Origin: an uncultured virus (IMG/VR IMGVR_UViG_3300008120_000127)
Lineage: Duplodnaviria; Heunggongvirae; Uroviricota; Caudoviricetes
Length of the DNA: 64,000 bases
Virus record (IMG/VR): IMGVR_UViG_3300008120_000127
Reading direction: 5' to 3' (one strand)
The notes under the pieces are model-generated. The model saw nothing but the letters and a program-made list of their open reading frames with translations, made no database searches and had not been told where the DNA came from. This document shows, one piece after another, positions 19,798 to 27,548 of the stretch. How positions within the stretch are numbered: position 1 is the stretch's first letter; each line of letters begins with the position of its first letter. The translations under genes were made by a program, and so were the position numbers.

Positions 19798-20075
19798 TAT
19801 TTTTTCTTTTTCTTTTTAAAGGTAGCAACATTTTTTGGAGCTTGCCCTTTAACACCTTTCGAAGGAGTGCCTTGAGACCTTTTTCTTTGAACCGCACTTC
19901 TCCGCTGAGAAGAGGATAGTGAATTGGCTTTGGCGACAGGAAGGCACTTTGCATAACCGCCACCTTTGCCAGACGTTCCACAAGGCTGCCACTTGCCATT
20001 CTTTTTTGGAGCACCAATGTTAACCCATTTCTGATTAAACCATTTAGTTAAACCAACACCTTTTGGTCCAGCCAT
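19797..20075 (-). CDS. Small Lys-rich protein
   Basis: GLTKWFNQKWVNI...CGTS...CLP; poly-K C-terminus. Confidence 0.75.
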   Translation of the reverse strand: MAGPKGVGLTKWFNQKWVNIGAPKKNGKWQPCGTSGKGGGYAKCLPVAKANSLSSSQRRSAVQRKRSQGTPSKGVKGQAPKNVATFKKKKKK

Positions 20076-20081
20076 AGTATA

Positions 20082-20258
20082 TCACTTTTTCTTTTTAGGT
20101 GCAGATGTCGTTCTCCATGCTCCACCCTTGGACTTATACCATTTTACCGCCCATGCGTTAGCATAGGCAGAAGGGTAAACATCAAACTTTGATCTAGCCA
20201 TAGATTTAGCTTGACTCCATAGCTTAGGATTTTTTGCTACATTTCTTCTTTGTGCCAT
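20082..20258 (-). CDS. Small Lys-rich protein (58 aa)
   Basis: Manual translation MAQRRNVAKNPKLWSQAKSMARSKFDVYPSAYANAWAVKWYKSKGGAWRTTSAPKKKK. Confidence 0.75.
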   Translation of the reverse strand: MAQRRNVAKNPKLWSQAKSMARSKFDVYPSAYANAWAVKWYKSKGGAWRTTSAPKKKK

Positions 20259-20563
20259 TACTCTTGATCCTGATCATATACTCCATAGCCGCTACCGCTT
20301 GACTTCTCTTTGTCCTTTAGGCCATTAGCTGCAAGCACGCCGGAAAGACATCCGGAAAGGAATAGAACGATTGGAACTAATAGGGAATCAATAAAGGCCT
20401 TGTCATTTGGCGACTGCTGATCAATTGGTTGAGTCACAAATACAAGCGCATACATAACGCCAACAACTATGACTGCAAAGGTAAAAGCTAAAGTTGCACC
20501 TACAAAGAAGACCATTCTAGCTTTAATTTCACTGTTTGTATATCTTTTTTTTACATTACTCAT
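20258..20563 (-). CDS. Two-TM membrane protein in the lysis cassette (holin-like or accessory)
   Basis: Two long hydrophobic helices; lies downstream of the endolysin and lipoprotein. Confidence 0.65.
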   Translation of the reverse strand: MSNVKKRYTNSEIKARMVFFVGATLAFTFAVIVVGVMYALVFVTQPIDQQSPNDKAFIDSLLVPIVLFLSGCLSGVLAANGLKDKEKSSGSGYGVYDQDQE

Positions 20564-20751
20564 TCTGGTATACTCCCATAAATATCCTCTGGACATGTTC
20601 CAGAAGCTTCACAAATAGGTGGCTTACAATCCGCACTCTCCCAATTAGCTGGATCCTGACATGGGTAACGATACGAATCGTTACAACCACTTAAAAGACC
20701 CATGCAAAAAGCTCCGACAATTGCAGTTAATACAAGTATTATTTTTTTCAT
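20560..20751 (-). CDS. Small Cys-rich lipoprotein
   Basis: Signal peptide with lipobox LSGC and four more Cys. Confidence 0.7.
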   Translation of the reverse strand: MKKIILVLTAIVGAFCMGLLSGCNDSYRYPCQDPANWESADCKPPICEASGTCPEDIYGSIPE

Positions 20752-21563
20752 CAGAACATTTTATCCCATGTCACCGGACCAACAACACCGTCAGCCTTTA
20801 AACCATTTGCTGCTTGCCATTTTTTAAGGGCTTCAACAGACTTAGGACCAAAGTCGCCATCGGTCTTAGCGCCGATAACACCCTGAACTAAAGCAGCAGC
20901 TGCGCCTTTTGAGCCTAACTTAACTGGTGTTCCAGGATAATTGAATACCATAGGGCCAGCCTCAACTGATCCACCGGAAGGAACAATGGCTTCAACTGGA
21001 GCTGCTGCTGAACCATCTGGCTTAGCGTCCCCTAGGCAGTACTGCCAGTGCCAAGCTTCGAATTCTTTTGAGTTCTTATCTGATGTTTGAAGATAAAAGC
21101 CCCACTTAGGAGCATTTGCACACATCCACTCGAAGCAGGCTCCGCCCATTGACTGTAGTTTCCCATTAGCCTCGTAACCAAGATCTATGGCTGTACCCCA
21201 ACCATGATTTGAGCCCTTGACTCCAGTGGGATCTGGTGCAGCTGACGGAGCATTACCCGGCTTTAAATACCAGGTCTTACCTTCATATTGACGGGTTACC
21301 TGTGGGCTACGACCCTGATCTGTTGTGGAGTAGCGAGAAAGAAACATATCCAACTGACTCTTAAATGAACGATAATCTCCAACATTGCGAAGCTTAAAAC
21401 CAGCAGCCATTGCAGCGTCGTACATCTTATTGAACTCTTCAGCTACAGGTGCATACATCCGTCCACCAGTCTTAACATTAGCTAGCAGATTTTCAGGAAG
21501 CTGACCATTCTTATGCGCCTTTAATGCAGTTGGGACAACGTGTTTAATGTATGGATAAATCAT
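20751..21563 (-). CDS. Endolysin: M15 peptidase plus peptidoglycan-binding domain
   Basis: YRS...Q, SNHGWGTAID, EAWHWQY; C-terminal DGDFGPKS...WQ..NGL.ADGVVGPVTW. Confidence 0.9.
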   Translation of the reverse strand: MIYPYIKHVVPTALKAHKNGQLPENLLANVKTGGRMYAPVAEEFNKMYDAAMAAGFKLRNVGDYRSFKSQLDMFLSRYSTTDQGRSPQVTRQYEGKTWYLKPGNAPSAAPDPTGVKGSNHGWGTAIDLGYEANGKLQSMGGACFEWMCANAPKWGFYLQTSDKNSKEFEAWHWQYCLGDAKPDGSAAAPVEAIVPSGGSVEAGPMVFNYPGTPVKLGSKGAAAALVQGVIGAKTDGDFGPKSVEALKKWQAANGLKADGVVGPVTWDKMF

Positions 21564-21580
21564 AATCTTAATCTCCTAAA

Positions 21581-21793
21581 TCACTTCTTTTTCTTATTTT
21601 TATTTGTAATCTTTTTCAAAGTCTTAGCAAAATTTGCCTGCTGGACAGTCAGCTTGCTGTATCTACCAGGATTCTTGGTTACAGCTGACGCATAGGCTGC
21701 TGGTGTTTTTCCAGCTTTTTTAGCTTTAGCCGTAAAAGCTCCAGGTCTTTTAATTGCTTTCTGAATCCATTTTTTATCAGTTGGCTTTGCCAT
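21581..21793 (-). CDS. Small Lys-rich protein
   Basis: KKWIQKAIKRPGAFTAKAKKAG...ANFAKTLKK. Confidence 0.75.
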   Translation of the reverse strand: MAKPTDKKWIQKAIKRPGAFTAKAKKAGKTPAAYASAVTKNPGRYSKLTVQQANFAKTLKKITNKNKKKK

Positions 21794-23120
21794 TCTTTAA
21801 AACCTTTCGATTAAACATAAATATTGATATGCCTATAGTAATCAAGAAAGCGCCAATGCCCATGGAAGAATTGCTATCTTGCCCAGTTGTTGGAAGAGGT
21901 GCACTTATGGTATCCTCTGTCCCATGGTCATGAGTGCTATGGTCATGAATTGTGGTTGTGGTTGGATCTACAATTATTTGTGGTTCAGTTGTAGTTGTTT
22001 CCGGAACAGTTGCAACAACGGTAGTTGTCGTTTCAATAGTGGTAGTGGGGGCAGGAGGGTCCCAGGAAACTGTAATTGAAACAACTTTAACTACACCGTT
22101 AACCGTTGCACTAGCGGTATACACTGCTGTACCTTGAGATGCTGTATTAACTGTAATGTTAGCTATTCCATTAGAATCTGTGGTTGCAGTAAAAGTTTGC
22201 CCTGAATCTGGTCCAGAGGAGACGGTCATGGAAACCGTAACTCCAGCCTGTGGAACTCCTGCTAAAGTTTGCGCAGTAGCGGTAATTGTAATTGGCTCAC
22301 CAGCACGAGGTTGCTGAGGGCTATAAGAAAGAATAAAAGAGCTAGGAAGAGAAACGCTTCCGCCTCCAATAGAAACAGACTTTCTAGAGTCACTTGCGCT
22401 AGGATATGGATAGTCTACAAGTGTTTTTAATGTGCCCACATTACCAGTAAAATAACCGTGCCAGCATGCAGCGACAAGTGTATTACTAAGACCAAAATCA
22501 GCAATACCGTCTGTTGTAGCTTCTGGCCCCCCGTTGCATCCACCATTATTGTATACTGCTTGCGGTAACAGGGCTGTTAGCCATCCATATGAACCAAAGT
22601 TAGCAAAAAGACCACCGCCACCATTGACAAAGTCTGCTATCTTTTCTGCGTTAGCTGTAAAAATATCTTCTGTACTGGAAGCGCGATTCCAGTTGTCCGG
22701 TATCCATAATACCGCTGGAGGATTAGAGGTGATTGTGCTACTGAAGAATGTGCTTATTTCTGAATCTGTAACATAAAAATCAATCTGAGGTGCAGTAGAA
22801 AATTCAGCTAAAAACTGTGTACTTAATTGGGTAGCCCAGTCAGCTCCACATGAGGTTGTAGTAGCGTTTGAGCCAACAATGGCGATATGTCCATTATTTA
22901 AATTTCGCGCACCATCATGCACCTTCTTTAAAACCTTGGCTATATATTGACCAGTACTTTCCCATCCAGAGTGGCAAACTGGATCCATTCCATCCAACAC
23001 AATTGGGCCACCACCACCACTGGTAGCTAAGGCCACGGATGAATTGCTAACTGGACTGATAAGCAGTCCGATACCTAGAGTAATTGATAATACTGATAAG
23101 ATGTTTTTAAATTTAGACAT
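21777..23120 (-). CDS. Secreted Ig-like (Big_1) protein with LPXTG sortase anchor
   Basis: Signal peptide, ATTDSNGIA Big_1-like domain, Thr-rich linker, then LPTTG plus TM plus basic tail. Confidence 0.8.
   Translation of the reverse strand: MSKFKNILSVLSITLGIGLLISPVSNSSVALATSGGGGPIVLDGMDPVCHSGWESTGQYIAKVLKKVHDGARNLNNGHIAIVGSNATTTSCGADWATQLSTQFLAEFSTAPQIDFYVTDSEISTFFSSTITSNPPAVLWIPDNWNRASSTEDIFTANAEKIADFVNGGGGLFANFGSYGWLTALLPQAVYNNGGCNGGPEATTDGIADFGLSNTLVAACWHGYFTGNVGTLKTLVDYPYPSASDSRKSVSIGGGSVSLPSSFILSYSPQQPRAGEPITITATAQTLAGVPQAGVTVSMTVSSGPDSGQTFTATTDSNGIANITVNTASQGTAVYTASATVNGVVKVVSITVSWDPPAPTTTIETTTTVVATVPETTTTEPQIIVDPTTTTIHDHSTHDHGTEDTISAPLPTTGQDSNSSMGIGAFLITIGISIFMFNRKVLKNGKAN
21835..21841 (-). 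promoter_or_regulatory. TTACTAT putative late promoter for the lysis block (inside the end of the LPXTG gene)
   Basis: 42 nt upstream of the ATG at 21793. Confidence 0.45.
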
Positions 23121-23154
23121 ATCTCCCTCGATCTTTAAGTTGTCCGCAGAAGAT

Positions 23155-23161
23155 ATAGTAA
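23155..23161 (-). promoter_or_regulatory. TTACTAT putative late promoter
   Basis: 35 nt upstream of the ATG at 23120. Confidence 0.6.
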
Positions 23162-23171
23162 TGATACAAAT

Positions 23172-23210
23172 AAAAAAGAAGGCTATGGCGTTTTTACCAT
23201 AACCCTCTTT
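23172..23210 (-). terminator. Intrinsic terminator
   Basis: Minus-strand gagggttatgg/ccatagccttc stem with GU pairs, followed by a U tract. Confidence 0.6.
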
Positions 23211-23226
23211 AATTGAAATGATTAGA

Positions 23227-23358
23227 TTACTTTTTCTTTTTCTTTTTTAATATTGCTGACTGAATAAATGGAGGAAGCTTCTTCTGAGCTGGAGTAAGAC
23301 CAGCCATCTTTTTTGAAGTTGATCCTTTTGCAGCACTTGCTTTCTTCTTCATTGCCAT
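23227..23358 (-). CDS. Lys-rich microprotein (43 aa)
   Basis: Manual translation MAMKKKASAAKGSTSKKMAGLTPAQKKLPPFIQSAILKKKKKK; AAGG SD. Confidence 0.7.
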   Translation of the reverse strand: MAMKKKASAAKGSTSKKMAGLTPAQKKLPPFIQSAILKKKKKK

Positions 23359-23398
23359 AATTATTACCTTAATCTTAAACTAAGACTGAAAATTAATT

Positions 23399-23521
23399 TC
23401 AGTACATCTTCTTGCCACCCATTTTCTTGGAACCGCCCATTTTCTTGGCGCCCATCTTCTTAGTGCCCATTTTCTTGGATCCACCCATTTTTTTCTTACC
23501 CATACCAGTATGACCAGACAT
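23399..23521 (-). CDS. KKMG-repeat microprotein (40 aa)
   Basis: Manual translation MSGHTGMGKKKMGGSKKMGTKKMGAKKMGGSKKMGGKKMY. Confidence 0.7.
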   Translation of the reverse strand: MSGHTGMGKKKMGGSKKMGTKKMGAKKMGGSKKMGGKKMY

Positions 23522-23523
23522 AA

Positions 23524-23787
23524 TTACACCCCCTTTACTTTGCTTTTGTTTTCGCTTGATTTCTTATAATGCCACATCATATGATCATGCATTTGATCAT
23601 CTACCTTGTCCACCTGTTCGTCAACATGATCTATCTTATGATGTAAATTAAGTATTTCATCCTTAACATCTATCAGCATTGTTGCAACAACATTGTGATC
23701 ATTTTTATTTTCAGTTCTACTCTTCTGAACAAGAGCTGCAAGAATTCCGCCTACAGCAGCGATGACAGCAACAATGATGGCTTCCAT
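23524..23787 (-). CDS. Single-TM protein with coiled coil (lysis-region type)
   Basis: MEAIIVAVIAAVGGILAALV followed by a heptad region; in-frame ATG at 23787. Confidence 0.7.
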   Translation of the reverse strand: MEAIIVAVIAAVGGILAALVQKSRTENKNDHNVVATMLIDVKDEILNLHHKIDHVDEQVDKVDDQMHDHMMWHYKKSSENKSKVKGV

Positions 23788-23788
23788 G

Positions 23789-24100
23789 TCAAGATCCCTT
23801 AACCCATTTCTTTGAGGGTGACTGAGTTTTGCTGGGGCTCCATTTAACTTTATTGGCCCAGTATGCAGCCGACATCTTGCCTTTGGAAATATTCTTTGCA
23901 TGGCGTGAGGCAAAAGCTTTTCTCTGACCAACAGTTTGATTTGTTTTAACACCCTGTTGACCAAAACGTATTGTCTTAATTTGATCCCCCTGCTTAGCTA
24001 CTACAATGTGAGATTTTGTAGGATGACTAGGTGTACGCTTTGGTTTGTTAAAACCAGAAACACCAGCTTTAGTTAATCGTGAATCTTTTTTAGCTGGCAT
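23789..24100 (-). CDS. Small basic phage protein
   Basis: FNKPKRTPSHPTKSH.VVAK.G..IRFGQQG...AAYWANKVKW. Confidence 0.75.
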   Translation of the reverse strand: MPAKKDSRLTKAGVSGFNKPKRTPSHPTKSHIVVAKQGDQIKTIRFGQQGVKTNQTVGQRKAFASRHAKNISKGKMSAAYWANKVKWSPSKTQSPSKKWVKGS

Positions 24101-24339
24101 TAGCTACTCCTTCGCTTAGAGCTATTTGACTTTTTACCAGAGGGTTTAGAAATTGTTCTGCCAACGGTTTTTTTTATGGAACGATACTTTTTATCTTTAG
24201 TTTCCATGTGATTTTTTTCTTTATTACCCTTTTTGGGTATAAATCTTTCGCCATGATCATTAGCTATAGGGGGAAATTCTCCAGCCTGTCCAGGAACTGC
24301 TACTCGAAACTTATCTTTTTTCTTTTTAATTTGAGCCAT
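24100..24339 (-). CDS. Small Lys/Arg-rich protein
   Basis: ORF track; TAATG coupling. Confidence 0.65.
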   Translation of the reverse strand: MAQIKKKKDKFRVAVPGQAGEFPPIANDHGERFIPKKGNKEKNHMETKDKKYRSIKKTVGRTISKPSGKKSNSSKRRSS

Positions 24340-24366
24340 ATCTAGTCCTAAATCAATAAAATAAAG

Positions 24367-24480
24367 TTATTTCTTTTTTCTTTTTTTCTTTGGCCTAGCA
24401 GAAAGAACTGGACCATTACTTTTTTGATTATTTGTTCCCATTCTTGGTCCACTAATGTAGATAGATTTCTTAAAAGCCAT
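24367..24480 (-). CDS. Lys-rich microprotein (37 aa)
   Basis: Manual translation MAFKKSIYISGPRMGTNNQKSNGPVLSARPKKKRKKK; TAATG coupling. Confidence 0.6.
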   Translation of the reverse strand: MAFKKSIYISGPRMGTNNQKSNGPVLSARPKKKRKKK

Positions 24481-24653
24481 TATTTTTTACGCTTCTTCTT
24501 CAATCTATCAGCTGACGATATTGCAATAGCTATTGCTTGCTTTTTGGATTTAACTACTGGACCACCTTTTCCTGAATGCAAGGTGCCCCTACCGAATTCT
24601 CCCATAACAGACTTAATCTTTTTTTGATAAGCTGCTTTCTTCTTACTTGCCAT
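24480..24653 (-). CDS. Small basic protein, DUF6496-like (family assignment from memory)
   Basis: VMGEFGRGTLHSGKGGPVVKSKKQAIAIAIS. Confidence 0.75.
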   Translation of the reverse strand: MASKKKAAYQKKIKSVMGEFGRGTLHSGKGGPVVKSKKQAIAIAISSADRLKKKRKK

Positions 24654-24789
24654 TATTGTTTTTTGTCCAATGACTTGAATATTGACCACCAGTTTTCTTG
24701 GTATCAATAACATTCATGACAGAATCTTTGAGTAGTTTATAATAATTTTTTTCTGAGGATGTTTTATTACCCCAACCTTTATCGGCCAT
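24643..24789 (-). CDS. Small basic protein (48 aa)
   Basis: Manual translation MADKGWGNKTSSEKNYYKLL...WTKNNNGK; AAGGTGG SD. Confidence 0.6.
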   Translation of the reverse strand: MADKGWGNKTSSEKNYYKLLKDSVMNVIDTKKTGGQYSSHWTKNNNGK

Positions 24790-24812
24790 AATTAACCACC
24801 TTACTAATAAAA

Positions 24813-24860
24813 AAAGACTAGTTATATAGTAACATTTCTGCCACTATATAACTAGTCTTT
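24813..24860 (-). terminator. 18-bp perfect inverted-repeat terminator overlapping a TTACTAT motif (24826..24832)
   Basis: aaagactagttatatagt / actatataactagtcttt with a minus-strand U tract. Confidence 0.7.
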
Positions 24861-24882
24861 ACTGCTATTAAAATGTTTAATA

Positions 24883-25152
24883 TTAGATATTTTTATTTTG
24901 TTTTTGTGCAGCAGGAGCTTTTTTAGCAGCTGGCTTCTTGGCAGAAGAAGAACCTTGCCCCTTTGGTCTGCCAGGCTTTTTGGCAGTTGGTTTCTTGTCA
25001 ATGCAGGTTTCATCTTTTACGGGCGAAACTGGCTTCACTGAAGGTTTTGGCTCAGCCTTAACTTCTGCTAACACAGGCTTTGGTGTGCTAACAGCAGGAG
25101 TAATCGTTTTAGTCTTTTTCAAACCAAAAATCTTCTTAATTAAATTAATCAT
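24883..25152 (-). CDS. Lys/Pro/Ala-rich, histone-H1-like low-complexity protein
   Basis: KKPTAKKPGRPK (AT-hook-like GRP) and AKKPAAKKAPAA. Confidence 0.65.
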   Translation of the reverse strand: MINLIKKIFGLKKTKTITPAVSTPKPVLAEVKAEPKPSVKPVSPVKDETCIDKKPTAKKPGRPKGQGSSSAKKPAAKKAPAAQKQNKNI

Positions 25153-25181
25153 TTTATCCTCTTCTTGCTATTGGTGAATTT

Positions 25182-25188
25182 ATAGTAA
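25182..25188 (-). promoter_or_regulatory. TTACTAT putative late promoter
   Basis: 30 nt upstream of the ATG at 25152. Confidence 0.6.
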
Positions 25189-25200
25189 TTAACTTGCTTA

Positions 25201-25425
25201 TTATTTACCCTGCTGGTTATCTTCAAATGAAACTCCATGCAAGGGTATTGTCACTCCTGCATAGACATCAATATTTTCAAAGTTTCCAATATTGATTTTT
25301 CTATTTACCCCACATATTACTATGGGAGAACTTGTTAAAGATACTTCATTACTCAAAAGGTTCACCACCTGATCTAAGGGAGAATCTATAGATTGCTCCA
25401 TTGCTGTTTTGGTTATTTTAGGCAT
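25201..25425 (-). CDS. Hypothetical protein
   Basis: ORF track; RKINIGNFENIDV. Confidence 0.65.
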   Translation of the reverse strand: MPKITKTAMEQSIDSPLDQVVNLLSNEVSLTSSPIVICGVNRKINIGNFENIDVYAGVTIPLHGVSFEDNQQGK

Positions 25426-26209
25426 ACGCGTTTATATATCCGTTTATTATTTGTATTGTCTGAGAAGCTTGATCTTCCATCGACATGTTGTCTGTATTTA
25501 TTATAGCAGATGCTAGACCTTTTACCAAGTCACATTCTTGCTCCGATACATGAGAAGATTGAGCTTCCGTCATAAGCATGCCGTCTCTCTTCATCATTCT
25601 AGCATTTCTAGTTTCATCTGAAGCGTCAAAGTAGATCACCATTCCATTTGGATGACCTAATATCTTGCTAGCCTCATTTACAAAACGAACGTCGGAAATA
25701 ATAATTCCAACAGGAAGCTCATTTTCCTCGTATGAATCGGCAGATATAATACTTCTATGCATTTTCGATGCCTTGTAGATTACCCATTTAGCGAAGCATT
25801 CGGGATCATATAGTCTGCATAGATCTCCTGCTTTTTGCAGGAAGCTTCTTGGCTTTAGTGGCTCTTGCTCTATTGGCAGAGCGTATATCTGTTCAACTAA
25901 ATCAGTAAAGTGCCTATAGTCCGGTATATTACCTAGGGCACTACCGCCAAATAAATCAAACAAAACTTGATGAATAGCAAATAGCTGACGATCTTTTTGA
26001 CGAAGACCTAATGTGGTTCTTTTAATAGAGGCAATCTCATAGAGTGGTAGCGTAAAGAATATGTGATCCCATATTATGGAATTACTTACCGGATTAACAG
26101 ACGCCTTAGGGACTATGCTTTCAGCAACAGAGGTTTTACCGCTAGCAGCTTTGCCAGCCAAACCAATTATCAAAGGATATTCTTTGTAATATTTTTTATC
26201 TAAAATCAT
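25418..26209 (-). CDS. Deoxynucleoside monophosphate kinase
   Basis: IIGLAGKAASGKT, PRSFLQKAG, IISDVRFVNE and HVSE. Confidence 0.85.
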   Translation of the reverse strand: MILDKKYYKEYPLIIGLAGKAASGKTSVAESIVPKASVNPVSNSIIWDHIFFTLPLYEIASIKRTTLGLRQKDRQLFAIHQVLFDLFGGSALGNIPDYRHFTDLVEQIYALPIEQEPLKPRSFLQKAGDLCRLYDPECFAKWVIYKASKMHRSIISADSYEENELPVGIIISDVRFVNEASKILGHPNGMVIYFDASDETRNARMMKRDGMLMTEAQSSHVSEQECDLVKGLASAIINTDNMSMEDQASQTIQIINGYINAYA

Positions 26210-26216
26210 ACTATCT

Positions 26217-26225
26217 ATTATAGCA
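26217..26225 (-). promoter_or_regulatory. Extended -10 promoter (TGCTATAAT), leaderless spacing
   Basis: 7 nt between the -10 box and the ATG at 26209; no SD. Confidence 0.6.
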
Positions 26226-26226
26226 G

Positions 26227-26661
26227 TTACATCTTGGAAATGTGTTCTTTTCTTAGTTCTAATTCGTCAAGAAACGTATTTGCTAGTGCGTCAGGCTCCC
26301 AGACAAAAGATCTTTTTACTTGAACTACACGAAAGTTAAACTCATCTTTTATTTCCTCTATAGTCATCAACAGAGGAATTAATGAACGACTCCTGCACTT
26401 AGCCTTACCATTTATCTGGCTAGCAACCGTAGAGGAATCAGTATATATAATAGGGTCCACTAAATCAGCCATAGAGCATATCAGAAGGCCAGCTATTACA
26501 GCCTCATACTCTGCTTCATTGTTAGTTCTTGGGCCGAGTCCTCTAGCGAACTGTGCTATCTTTTTTCTATTTTTATAGACCACGACAGCACATGCTGCCT
26601 CTCCAAATTTTTTTTGGCCCTGGCCTCGTGATGCGCCATCACAAAAAACTTCTATGTTCAT
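26227..26661 (-). CDS. rnhA: Ribonuclease HI
   Basis: FCDGASRG, TNNEAEYEA, YTDS and DALAN. Confidence 0.9.
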   Translation of the reverse strand: MNIEVFCDGASRGQGQKKFGEAACAVVVYKNRKKIAQFARGLGPRTNNEAEYEAVIAGLLICSMADLVDPIIYTDSSTVASQINGKAKCRSRSLIPLLMTIEEIKDEFNFRVVQVKRSFVWEPDALANTFLDELELRKEHISKM

Positions 26662-26673
26662 TTAACACCGTTT

Positions 26674-26829
26674 TCAGTTTGTTTTAAGCAAAGAATATAT
26701 GTCAAGGAGCATATTTTCTACCTCTTGTCTAGAATATAATTCCCTGTCTTGGGAAGATATTTCAAACAAAAAGTTTTCAATTTCTGACTTTAAATCAGCT
26801 GTTTGCTCCTGAGTCAATTCTAATGTCAT
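26674..26829 (-). CDS. Small acidic hypothetical protein (51 aa)
   Basis: Manual translation MTLELTQEQTADLKSEIENFLFEI...IYSLLKTN; fills the gap between genes. Confidence 0.55.
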   Translation of the reverse strand: MTLELTQEQTADLKSEIENFLFEISSQDRELYSRQEVENMLLDIYSLLKTN

Positions 26830-27019
26830 ATTTAATTCCGTATTTCTTGGCGGTGTTAATAATATTTTTTTCTTGAGATTCAGAAGATACCTGTATGGTT
26901 TTATTTAACAGATATCTATCGCCTTCATATTCAACTTGAATTGGAAAATTTAAATCACTTCTTTTGGACGAGTAAAACTCCTTAGAAGAAGCAACACTCT
27001 TATAGTAACCTATAAACAT
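26795..27019 (-). CDS. Hypothetical protein
   Basis: ORF track; AAGGA SD. Confidence 0.6.
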   Translation of the reverse strand: MFIGYYKSVASSKEFYSSKRSDLNFPIQVEYEGDRYLLNKTIQVSSESQEKNIINTAKKYGIKYDIRIDSGANS

Positions 27020-27029
27020 ATATTATCCT

Positions 27030-27548
27030 TTAGTATGTGCTAAAAAAATCAGACTCCATAAAAGAGCCTTTGTCTTCTCTAAATGAGGCAACTTGCATGG
27101 ACTGTATTTTGTCCATCAACTTTCTAGCTGACTCCGATGCTATTCTTGCAGCGGATTCCATGGCTTCAGCCAGATTGACAATTGCCTCACATGTTACTAG
27201 AGCAAAGTATTCATCCTCTGCAGCGTCCATAGCTGCAGCCTCTCGCTCTGCTTCGTTTTTTCCTACACGATTTGATTTGTAAACTTTCTTATATTTCCCT
27301 TCCAATATCTTGTACTGAGCTCTAGCTATTCCCGCAAATCTAGCTGCTCTACCGTAAACATTAGACGTTCTAGCGACCAGTGAAGCTATCTTTTCTATGC
27401 CTAAATCTACGACATCAGTTTCCGGAATTTCGATAAAGTATTTGTATGAATTATCGTTGTCATTGTAGGCGTCTATAACTTCTTTTAGCTGAGGGCCAAG
27501 GAACTGCTGTAACATTTCCTGAAGCTTTTCAAGAGTTGAACTATTCAT
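27030..27548 (-). CDS. Helical/coiled-coil hypothetical protein
   Basis: ORF track; Ala/Glu-rich helices. Confidence 0.7.
   Translation of the reverse strand: MNSSTLEKLQEMLQQFLGPQLKEVIDAYNDNDNSYKYFIEIPETDVVDLGIEKIASLVARTSNVYGRAARFAGIARAQYKILEGKYKKVYKSNRVGKNEAEREAAAMDAAEDEYFALVTCEAIVNLAEAMESAARIASESARKLMDKIQSMQVASFREDKGSFMESDFFSTY

Noticed and set aside
19790..20017. Overlapping same-strand 75-aa ORF
   Set aside because: Shadow frame of the Lys-rich gene 19797..20075, with no independent support.
25201..25425. Possible in-frame truncation near the C-terminus (FED/NQQGK)
   Set aside because: The ending looks abrupt but cannot be supported without a homolog alignment.
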